A stretch of DNA of 64,000 nt from an uncultured Spirochaetota bacterium (GTDB lineage: Bacteria; Spirochaetota; Spirochaetia; SZUA-6; CAVTHK01). Both the position numbers and the translations under genes were made by a program. The DNA lies in NCBI GenBank assembly GCA_963734495.1, contig CAVTHK010000001.1, positions 160,001 through 224,000 on the forward strand. Reading direction: 5' to 3'. This document shows positions 53,001-64,000 of the stretch, piece by piece (position 1 is the first letter of the stretch; each line of letters begins with the position of its first letter). The notes beneath the pieces were generated by a model. The model was given only the letters and a program-made list of their open reading frames with translations. It made no database searches and was not told the DNA's origin.

Positions 53001-56000
53001 CGCCTCATCCTGCTGGGCGGGGATGGAAGCGATCGGCTGCGGCTCGCCGACACCGAGAGCGGCAGCGAAAGACAGATCGGCGTTCTCGGGGTCTCTTCGA
53101 TCGCCGGGTTCGGCATGCCCCTGGAGGCCCGTATAGAGCATTACGGTTTCGAGGAGCTGGCGATCGAAGCGCTGGACGACAGCGGATACGACGTCACCAT
53201 CCTCGAAAACGCAATCTCCGCGACGATCACGCTCGGGGCCGGCGACGACACGGTCTCGGTCGGCACGAGCTCGGGGCCGCTGAGCCTGAACCTGGGAGAA
53301 GGCGATGACGAGGTCGATCTCCATGCAGCAGCCGCTCTCCTGAGCATCGACGGAGGCGGCGGGGACGGAGACAGGCTCGTCTTTGACGGGACGGCAAGCG
53401 CATCTCCCCTGAGCGGGACCCTGTCCGACGGTGACGGCCCGCTCGGCCTGCTCGCCATCACCGGCCTCGTATCGGCGGCCTCTTTCCAGGGCATGGAAGA
53501 GGTCGATGTTCGTCTCGGCAGCGGCAGCGACGCGTTCCTCGTCGATCACGCCGGCGCGGGTCCCGTGCTGAACGTCTCCGGATACGGAGGCGACGACAAG
53601 CTCACGATACTCGACTGTGGGCTCGCGGCCGACTTTGTCGGCGGGTCGGGCAACGACACGCTGGAGATCGAGATTCCGGGCGATCCTGTCCTGGAGGATT
53701 TCACCGGCCTCACCTTTGTCACGGAGACGCTGGTCATTGACAACAGCAGCTACGGCTCCGGCGTGGACTGGACGCTGGAAGCCGGCGTCCTGTCCGCGGG
53801 CGGCAACGCCGTGGTCAAGACCGACGGAGCAGACGAGGTCAGGATCATCGGCGGCCTGGGGACCGACACGCTCGCCGTCGTGGAAACGGGCGGGCCGGTG
53901 GACGCGAGCATCAGCGGCAACCGCGTCAAGCTCATTCAGGGCGCGGTGGTCCTGGAGCCCGAGGATTTCGCGCACGACGACAGGCTGACCACCGCCGGCG
54001 GAATCGAGGGATTGGCGGGCCCCGAAGGTCTCGCGGTGGTCCCTGATCCGAACGGCAGCTTCGTGTATGTCCGCGATGCCGACGGCACGCTGAGCGTGTT
54101 CCGCGAAGGGCCGGCGGGCCTCGAGCTCCTCCAGGTGCTGCCGGCTTCGAGCGATGGCCTGGGCGGAGGCGTCGGGAACACGAGCGACCTCGTGGTCACG
54201 CCGGACCTGCGCTTCCTCTACACGAGCACCGGCGCGCTGAGCCAGATCGGTGTGTTCAGCCGCGATGCCGTGACGGGCCTGCTCACCTACGCCGCCACTT
54301 TCAAGGACAGCGAGAACGGGCTCGACGGCCTCGGCGGAGTCTCCGGCCTGGCGATCAGCGGGGACGGGGCCTTTGTCTATAGCGCGGCAACGGGCGAAGG
54401 CGCCGTCGGCGTGTTCGACGTTCTTGCGAACGGCAGCCTCACGCTGCGGCAGGTGCTCTGGGGCCAGGCCGGCGTGGACCGGATCGCGATCGCGGACGAC
54501 GGCTGCAGGGCGTACGCTGCTGCGGGCCACGACGTCATCGCCTATCTGCGTGATACGTCCACGGGGACTCTCACCTGGATGTACCGCATCGGGCCGGACG
54601 GGACCATAGTCAGGGACCTGACGTCTGCCGGGGGCGGGGATGCCGAGCCCAACGACCAGGCAGCATTTGCGCTGGATCTGGAAAGCATCTTTGCATCGGA
54701 TACGTCGTCCTGGTCGCAGAGCTGGAGCGCGTATATTCCCGGGCAGAGATACGCTTCATGGTCCACTACCTTCGCGGCAGAGGCAGGAGCAACCGTACGT
54801 CTGGACAACAGTGTCCGTCTGTCCGCCTACAGCGCGACCGCGACCATGGAGATCCGACTTGCCGGAAAAACGCTTACGTCGCTCATCAATAGCAGCCTGC
54901 TGCAGTACGAGTGTCCGACGTCGGGAACCTACGAGATAGTCCTCATCAACTGGGCTTATTTCATGGGGCCCATGTCGGGCACGCTGACGGCGACGGTCTC
55001 CCCCCTCGCTGCGAGTCGGAGCGCCACGGCAGAGGGCGAGATATCGGGCACGCAGGACGCCGACTTCTACCGATTCCAGGCTTCGCCCGGCGACGTCGTC
55101 ACGCTCACAGCGGATGCCCAGAACGTGACCCTGCCGAACCCTGCCTTGCAGGTCTTCGGGTACGACGAGCTCGACAACACGTGGGTGGAGCTGCCCTTTG
55201 CCCTCGTGAACGGCAGCCTGCGCTACACGGCCATGCCGTATTCGGGCGACTACTACCTGGTCGTCGAAGCGAGCGGCTCGCAGACCGGGACCTATCGGTT
55301 CACTGTTCAGCACAGCTTTCCGGGGATCCGCTCGGAGTCGGAGACCGGCGCGACCAACACGAATGACACGGCGGCGAGGGCCGACGACCTGACCGGGAGC
55401 TTCAGGCCAGGAGCGGGAGACGTCTATACGGCGCTGATAGGCGGCAGCCTGGACCCCGTCGACCTCACTCAGCCTGATCGTAGATCTGACCGCGCTCGGA
55501 CGAACCTCACCGTCGTACCCGGACCCCGTCGCCACCCAGTCGGCCAATCCGCCCTGGGGCGGCATAGCGCAGCTCGGCGTCGACGGCTACGTGCGCGTGT
55601 ACAACCCTCCAGGCAGCTATTTCCCGCGATACAGGGAACCGGGCACGCCGTTCTACCCGGGTCCCGGCTATCTCTACATCCTCGACGGGGTCTATCCCTC
55701 TCTGGAGGCCTTCGCAGTCGCCTCCACCAACTATCCCAATCCCGATCCCAAGTGGCTGCACTACTGGTGGAGCCTCGATCTGACCCCCAACGTGGACGAG
55801 CTCTACCAGATAACGGGCATAGACATCGTCGCTTTCTGCCCGTCAAAGGCGGTCGAGCTGACGGTCCTCGCAGGCGACTACATCTGGCCCAACGGACCGA
55901 ACAGGACATACGGGCAGGGCATTCCTTTCCAGTACGACCCCGGCCAGGACATCTGGCCGATGGAGTACGCCACTTACTCCATCACCATGCCGGCCGGATA

Positions 56001-59000
56001 TCTCACCTTCGGTGACCACGTCTTTATCAGGTCCAGCAACGCGATCTACTACGCATACGCCGACTCCGAGTGGCTGTACATCGGCGAGATGAAGGTATAC
56101 GGGAGGAAGGCAGATCCGGACGTCGACTTCTACAGCTTCGACGCGCAGGCGGGAGACACGCTCGACATCACGATGACCGGCGCGACGCTTGCGGATCCGA
56201 GGATCTGGCTCTACGACGCGCAGGGGAACGAGATCGCCGTGGGCCTCACCGGTTCCCTCTCCCGGCAATTGACCGACGATGGAACTTACTACGTCAAGGC
56301 GGGCGGAACGAGCCGGTACTCGTACGGCAGCTACGGCCTGAACGTGTCGGTCACCAGGGCGGCGCCGGCGGCATCCACCACCATCGACGACCCGCGGGCC
56401 ATGGCGACGATCACGATCGACGCGGCCGGCACGCCCGACTATCTCGACAAGCGATTCCTGTACATCGGCGGCACGACCTTGTCGGGCGAGAACGCCCTGC
56501 AGGTCTTCGACGTATCGGGCGTGCTGCCGCGGCCTCGGCTGCTCCAGACGGTGCAAGGCCTCGGGCAGGTCTACGGGATCTCGACGGGCGGGGCTGAGGA
56601 CGGCCTCGTGTTCGTGGCCCACCGCGGCGCCGGCGGCGAGGGAACGGTGTCGGTGTACCGCAGGCTTGCGGACGGCACCATCACGTGGATGCACAGCCTT
56701 GGCCTCGGCGTCACAGGCACTGCGGAGGCCGTCGCGGACATGGCCCTGGACGTCGAAGGCGACAGGATCTACGTCACCGATGAGAGCGGCCAGGACCTCA
56801 CCGCGCTGCGTTTCGACGGGACGCAGCTTTCCGAGGATTCCACGGCCTGGCACGGACAGCCCCTGGGAGACATCGTTCCGTGGCTGCAGTCCGTTCACGT
56901 GAGCGCGGACGGTCAGTTCGTCTACGGCGTCAACCCCCAGCTCGACGCGCTCCTGGTGCTCCGCTCGGACAGCCTGTCCTTTGCAGCCTGCTACATCGAC
57001 GGGCAGTCCGGAGTCGACGGGCTCGCCGGGGCCGCGGCGGTCGCCCTCAGCCCCGACGGGCTGCGGGTGTACGCGCTCGCTCCGGGCGACAACGCCGTCG
57101 CCGTGTTCGACGTGGTCTACTCGCCCGTGAATACCTGGAGACTGGCGTTCGTCGCCGCGATCCCGCTGGATTCGTCGGGGCTCGGCGATGCGACTGGCGA
57201 TGCGACGGCCCTGGCCGTGGGCACGGACAGTCTCTACGTCGGGTTTGCGGGAGGGATTGCCCGATTCGACTCCGGCTCTTTCCAGCTGCTCGGCTCGGCG
57301 CCGGCTCTCGGCGTGACCTCCCTCGAGGCAAACCCGACGTATCCGGCGCTCTATGCGACTGCCGACGGAGAGCTCCGGCGGTATGCGTCCGATCTCGCCG
57401 GCCTGCCCCAGGTCATCGGCGGCCTCCCCGGCGCCTGCGACATCGCGGTCAGCAGCGACGGCGGCACGATCTACGCAGCAGTGGCAGGCGCGAACGCTAT
57501 CGCCGCGTTCGGCGAATCCGGCGGCGCTTTGTCGAGCACGCCCCTTCAACTGATAAAGGAAGGCCAGAGAGGAGTCCGCGGCCTGGTCGGCGTGAGCGCG
57601 ATAGCCTTGTCACCCGCCGGCGACCTGGTCTTTGCGGTGGGGAGCGCCAGCGACTCCCTGGTCGTGCTCAAGAGAAATCCGGTCACCGGCGAGCTTCTGT
57701 TCGCCCAGGCCTTCAGGAACAGCGGCGAGCTGGGTCTCGAGTCGCCGAACTCCGTTGCTGCTGCGGGCACGCGCGTCTTTGTCGGGTCCTCGGCGGGGCT
57801 GGGCATCCACGGCGGAGGCGTCGCATCCTACAGCCGCGTCGAATCGGGCGACGCCGAGCAGGGGTACACGGTCAGCTTCGTGGACGTCGAGGAGCTGAGC
57901 CTCACCACCGGCCTGCATCAGGACACCGTTCGGGTAACGGACCCGCCCTCCGTGGATCTGCTTTCGATCGATACCGGTGCCGGCGCCGACGTTGTGAATC
58001 TCCAGGGTCTCGGCGCGCGGACGGAGATCCGCACGGGCGACGATGAAGACACAATTCTCGTCGGCTCGATCGACGCCGGGGCCCTGCTGGCCATCGACGC
58101 CGGGGCCGGGGAAGATTCGATTTTCCTCGCCGGCGCCGGCGCGGATGCACAGGTCGAGATTCACGCCGGCCCCGCGAACGACGTGATTCAGATCGCAGGC
58201 GCGGCGCTCCAGAACGGCTCCCCGGTAGAGCTCTTCGGCGACGACGGCGAAGACACGCTGCTCTTCGATCCTTCGGGGCAGCCGGTCGATCCTGCAGCTC
58301 CGTCGACCCCCGATGGCTCCCTCAAGGTGCTCGCCTCGGACGGCGGAGTCGTGGACTACTGGAGCATCGAGAGCGTGCCGGGATTCCAGGCCGCGACCGT
58401 CGAAGCGGGCGGAGACACCGCGCTCTCCGAAGGGCAGGACCTCATCCTCGCCGCGACGGCGACGGCGGCCACAAACACGCAGATCGTGTCCCTGCTCTGG
58501 GACATCAACGGCGACGGGTTCTTTGGTGATGCGCAGGGCGCGACCCCGACGGTGAGCTGGGAGGATCTCGTTGCGCTCGGCATCGGCGACGGGGCAGCGC
58601 AGGAAAAAGGCGGCACGCGCTACGTGGTCAAGCTGCGGGCCTACGACGACGCCGGACGGTTCGCCGAAGACGAAGCGGCGCTTACGATCTTCGATTCGCC
58701 GCCCGCGATCGCGGTCACCGCGCCTGCCACCGTGTCGGTCGGTGAGACCCTGACCATCGGCCTTGCTGCGCGAGATCCCGGCGACGACACCATCGCGCAG
58801 TGGACCGTCGACTGGAGCGACGACCCGCAGGTTCCCGCAATTGAGAGCTTCCCCAGCGATTGCGCTTCGATCGAGCTCGTGTGCCTTCGGACCGGCGTTC
58901 ACACGATCACGCTTGCGGCTTCCGATGAGGACGGGACCTACACGCGGACGATCTCGGTCACGGTCGAAGCCCCGAGACCCGATGCGGGCGGTCCATACAG

Positions 59001-62000
59001 CATTCTCGAAGGACAGAACCTCTCACTTCAGGCGACGGCTCCCGGCGGTCCGGACATGGCGTGGGACCTGGATGGAGACGGGGAGTATGATGACGCGTTC
59101 GGCGCTGGTCCTTTCCTGACGTGGAGCGATCTGGCGAACCTGTCGAATCGCATCGACGACGACGGCTCGTACGTGATTTCCGTGCAGGCTTCGTACCTGG
59201 ACATCTCGGGAGGCGTCGTCCATATGCGCACTGCAGATGCCCAGTTGCTGGTTTCTAATGCGAGCCCAACGGCGGACTTTGCGGGCGCCGGACCCGTGAG
59301 CGAGGGCGGGACAATCACGGTCGTCTTCGGCAATCAGCACGATGCCTCTTCCCGGGACGAGGCGGCCGGTTTTGGATACAGCTATGACCTCGACAACGAC
59401 GGGACCTTCGACATCGTCGACAGCGCCGATCCTTCGGTCTCGTTCACCGCGGCCGACTCCGGCTCCCGGATCGTCCGGGGCCGCATCACCGACAAGGACG
59501 GCGGCTTCTCCGATCACCTGGCAGGCGTAACGGTCTACGAGGTGGCGCCGCTGATCGAGCTCACCGGCTCCGATTCGACAAACGAAGGCTCGCCGTATTC
59601 GCTGGAGGCAACCGTCACCGACCCCGGGAACGACACCATCGTCGAGTGGGTCCTCGACTGGGGCGACGGAAGCGCGAGAGAGACCCTGGACGGCGGGACG
59701 CGGGCCTTTGCCCATGAGTTCGCGGACGACGGTGTCTTCGACGTCACGCTCACGGCCAGGGACGAGGACGGCATCTACATCGCGTCCAGGACGGTCACTG
59801 TAAGCAACGTGGCTCCAGTGCTCCGGATCGCCGGGGTGGCATCCACGGAAGAGGGCAGCACGTACACCCTGTTCCTGGCGTCCGATGACCCCGGCGAGGA
59901 TACCATTCTCGAGTGGACCATCGACTGGGGAGACGGCACGGTCGACACGATTTCGGGAGAGGCTCGAGCGGCCCGGCACGTTTACGCAGACGACTCTGCG
60001 GACGAGCCGTTGGGCGCCTATCGCATAACAGTCACAGCCACGGACGAGGACTCGCCTCCGGGCCAGCCTTACGCGGTCACGCAGGTGGCCGCGCTCACGC
60101 AGCCCCTCTACGCCTGGGACGAGGGCCAGGGGACCGTGCGCCGCTTCTACCTGCTGACCCGCGAGGGTCTCGCCTGGCGCGATGCCCTGCTCGAAGCCGA
60201 GGCCCTGGGCGGGAATCTTGCCGCGATCACGAGCCAGGCCGAACAGGACTTCCTGGACGATGCGTTTGTCCGCGGAGTGTTGTCGCCGCTGCCCCTCTGG
60301 ATCGGGCTCAACGACGCTGACGGCGACGGCGTGCTGGCCTGGGCGAGCGGGGAGAGCCTGCAGTACGCGAACTGGACGATCGGCGGCTGGGACGGCCTGC
60401 CGTACATCGCCCTCGTGCCCCAGGCGGGCGGGGACTTCGCGTCGCGGGTCATCGGGTTCGAGGCGCTTCCCGACAGCGTCAGGGTCTATGAAGAAGGCGG
60501 CCTCCTGCTGGCCACCGACGGGGCCGCGCTCATCGGCGCTGCAGGTCACGGAAGCCGCGCGGTAGCGTCGGCCTCCGCGACCGATGCCTTCACGCTGTCG
60601 CTCTCCGGCGGCGGTGTGTTCGCCGTCCGCTCGCTGGATATCTCTGCGCCCTCTCCCCAGACCCTCCGCTTCGACGGCACGACGCCCGAGGGGACAACGG
60701 TCAGCCTGACCTTCGAGGTCGGCGGCGCGGGGCCGGGGACCTTCGAGACCATCTCTTTCGGTTCCGCCTTCCTTCACCTTGTTTCCTTGACCTGGACGCC
60801 GGGGTCTACGGTCGTCGACAACGTAGAGATCACGGGGACACCGTCGCTGTGGGCCGGGTTCACCGACGAGCAGTGGCGCGGAATCGTCGAGCTCGGCTCG
60901 ATCTCTGGCCTGCCGTTCGTGGCCGCAGGCGTGCTGCCGGTCGTCGTCGAGAACGTGGCGCCGTCGATCCCGATGTCCGGAGCTGCCGCTGTGAGCGAGG
61001 GCGAAATCTACGTCCTTTCTCTCGGCGTTCCGTCGGACCCCGGCGCGGACACCGTGACGCGCTATCTGATTGACTGGGGCGACGCCGAGGAGCTCGTCGA
61101 TGCGCCGGCGCCCGGCGTGGATGGCTTCGTGCCGGCGCTCTCTGTCTCCCACGTGTATTCCGACGGTGAAGCGGCTTACGAGATCAGCGTCACGTTGATA
61201 GACGAGGACGGCAGCTACGAGAGCCCCTCGCGCCTGGCGGTGGTGGTCGAAAACGTGGCTCCGCTTGCGCAGCTTTCCGGCGCCTCGAGCGCGGATGAGG
61301 GCTCGCAGTACACGCTCTCCATCGGAGACCCTTACGATCCGGGCGTCGATACCGTGACCGAGTACGTCGTTCACTGGGGCGACGGCAGCGTTGAGAGCTT
61401 TGCTCAAGCCGGCGAGGTCGACCACGTCTACTATGGCGCCGCAGAGCGCGTGATCACCCTCGACCTGGTGGATGAAGACGGCGTCTACCTGGCTGTCGAT
61501 TCGCTGAGCCTCACCGTCAAGGACGCGCCGCCGAGCATCATTCTTGCCGGAGCGTCGGAGGTCGTCGAAGGGGCCGAGTACGCGCTCGTACTCGGCGAGG
61601 CGACGGATCCCGGACAGCCCGGCGTCGTCGTCGAGGTCGAGGAATACATCGTCCACTGGGGCGATGGCGCAACCGAGAGCTTCACGGAAGCGGGCGCGGT
61701 CCTTCACACGTGGCTCGAAGGCCCGTTCCAGCACGTCATCACGGTGGACCTGGTCGTCGGCGGGACGCTCTACAGCAACGCGGGCAGGCTCGGCATCTCA
61801 GTGAGGAACGCGCCCCCAGTCATCCTCAGTCTGGAAAGCAGCGCTTCCGGCACCAGCACGGCGCTGCCGGTCGAAGACGTCATCGTCACCGGCACATTCG
61901 AAGACCCGGGGATCCTGGACACCCATACGAGCGTCATCGACTGGGGCGACGGCACGGTGGAGCCCGCCGTGGTCACGCAGGGAAGCGGTTCGGGGACGCT

Positions 62001-64000
62001 CACCGGCAGCCACAAGTACACCTACAGCGGGTTCTACGACATCCGGGTGACGGTCACGGATGACGATGGCGCGAGCGACAGCGAGGGAACGCTGGCGATC
62101 ATCAGCGGCGTCGGCATCATCGACGGCGTCCTCTACATCGCCGGCACCCCGGGGGCGGACCACGTCGTTGTCAGCCAACTCTCCTATCCCATTTCGTACT
62201 GGAGCATGAACGAGGGAAGCGGGCACGAGATAGGCGACAGCGCCGGCGAGCCGCAGGACGGGTGGTTGTACAGCCCGTGGCCGGACCGCGACGACGCGGG
62301 GCCGTCGGAGGCGCCGTTCGACGCGCAGACCGGGGTCGACTTCCACCGGGAGCACCGCGAGTACATCGCGGTCGCTCACGATGAGGCCTTCGAGCTGTCG
62401 GAAGGCACGATCCAGTTCTGGTTCAAAAGCGACAAGGGCGGCCGCCAGGCGATGCTTTCCAAGGACGGCTGGGGGACGGGGGCCGGGGGACTGACCATCT
62501 GGCTGGTGGACTCCCGGGTCGAGGTGAGGCTGGAGAGCGAGGACGGCAGCACCACGATCAAGTCGTGCAAGGTGGTGGACCGGAGCGGGTGGAACCACCT
62601 GGCGTTCAGCTTCGGGCCCCAGGGGATGAAGCTGTACGTGAACGGGGAGCTGGTCGGGGAGAACGGGTACCAGGGAGGGCTCGAAGGGAACCGGGAGCCG
62701 CTGGTGCTGGGTGGCTCGATCGCGGGCAACAAGGGCGACAGCGCTGACCTGTCGCGGCTGAAGGTGACGGACTTCTTCGACGGCTCCCTCGACGAGGCGG
62801 CGATCTACGGCGAGCAGCTGGCGGAGGAACAAATCCGGCGGTTGATCACGGACGGGCCTGCACGCGTCGCCAGCGGCCGGGGAACGGTCATCGAAGTCCG
62901 GGCCGATTTCATTGACAACGAAGAGCACACGAAGCGCTTCAACGTCGCGGACATCGAAGCCATAGTGGTCCTCCTCGGGGACGGCGACGACACCGCCGAG
63001 ATCGGGGCAGAGATCACTCTTCCGCTGCGGATGTATGGAGGCAAGGGAGACGATCGGCTGGTCGCGGGCAGCGGCGACTCCGAGCTGTACGGCAACGAGG
63101 GAGATGACCGGATCGCCGGCGGTCCCGGGAACGACACCATCGACGGCGGTGAAGGCGACGACGTCCTGTTGGGCGGAGCCGGCAACGACCGTCTCTACGG
63201 TGGACCGGGAAACGACGTGCTCATCGGCGGGGCCGGGGACGACGTCCTGGACGGCGGCGAAGGGACGGACACGACGTTCGGCGATGCGCTTCTTCCCATT
63301 TCCTGCTGGAGCATGAACGAGGGGAGCGGCCACGAGATCGGCGACAGCGCCGGGCGAGCCGCAGGACGGGTGGCTGTACAGCGCGGTGGCCGGACCGCGA
63401 CGACGCGGGGCCGTCGGAGGCATCGTTCGATGCGCAGACCGGGGTCGACTTCCATCGGGAGCACCGCGAGTACATCGCGGTGGCTCACGACGAGGCCTTC
63501 GAGCTGTCGGAAGGCACGATCCAGTTCTGGTTCAAGACCGACAAGGGCGGCCGCCAGGCGATGCTCTCCAAGGACGGCTGGGGGTACGGGGATGGCCTGA
63601 CCATCTGGCTGGTGGACTCCCGCGTCGAGGTGAGGCTGGAGGGCGAGGACGGGAGCCACACGATCAAGTCGTGCAGGGTGGTGGACCGGCGCGGGTGGAA
63701 CCACCTGGCGTTCAGCTTTGGGCCCCAGGGGATGAAGCTGTACGTGAACGGGGAGCTGGTCGGAGAGAACGCGTACCAGGGAGGGCTCGAGGGGAACCGG
63801 GAGCCGCTGGTGATGGGCGGCTCGATCGCGGGCAACAGGGGCGGCGGCGCCGACCTTTCGCGACTGAAGGTGACTGAGTACTTCGACGGCTCCCTCGACG
63901 AGGCGGCGATCTATGGCGAGCAGATGACGCAGCAGCAGATCCGCCGGCTGATCGCAAGCGGACCTCTCGGGCTCTACGGCCTGCAGGGCTACGGCGGCAA
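47017..64000 (+). CDS. Giant LEPR-XLL-type extracellular multidomain protein (partial; frameshifts near 47450, 55470, 63355 and 63385)
   Basis: N-term YVLESLEQRLLLSG; MHELGHVAGFEH; GGxGxD RTX repeats; lactonase-like propellers; PPC (DVDFYSF..AGD); many PKD repeats (W.IDWGDG); C-type lectin (WIGLND..YANW); two LamG domains. Joins ORFs 46981-47553, 47466-56015 and 55591-63600. Confidence 0.85.
62188..63960 (+). repeat. Direct repeat of a LamG module of about 660 bp (62188-~62850 and 63295-~63960)
   Basis: Both copies start cccatttc.t.ctggagcatgaacgaggg and share long identical runs, e.g. ttcgacggctccctcgacgaggcggcgatcta. Confidence 0.95.

Noticed and set aside
62188-63960. Diversity-generating retroelement TR/VR pair
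   Set aside because: Differences are not adenine-specific, both copies are coding, and no reverse transcriptase is in the window

Overview
High-GC bacterial chromosomal window. A Spirochaetia-like host is an inference from the ABC binding-protein style and the YidC/TagF pair. About 17 single-base frameshifts fall in otherwise intact genes and are probably long-read assembly errors. Bases 1-47 kb hold: an oligosaccharide ABC system, a long glutamine synthetase-like gene, a TagF-like glycerophosphotransferase coupled to a YidC-sulfatase fusion, LysR/SPFH, a FAD oxidoreductase-HEAT protein, and an ECF42-type sigma flanked by two YciI genes. They continue with an orphan attenuator-like leader followed by a 15-aa ORF, a Crp/Fnr-P1B ATPase-HMA module, a CoA activase and CoA ligase, a fused E1 alpha/beta, a CE15-like esterase, a YesMN-type two-component system with a YtfQRT/YjfF-like sugar ABC operon, and a QueG-like/MBL/ABM operon. 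Bases 47-64 kb hold the 5' part of one giant (>5,600 aa, runs off the window) LEPR-XLL-type extracellular protein behind a consensus sigma70 promoter. It carries an HExxH motif, RTX repeats, beta-propellers, PPC, PKD, C-type lectin and duplicated LamG modules, some nested inside one another. No rRNA, tRNA, CRISPR array or transposase was recognised. Family assignments come from motif reading, not database searches.
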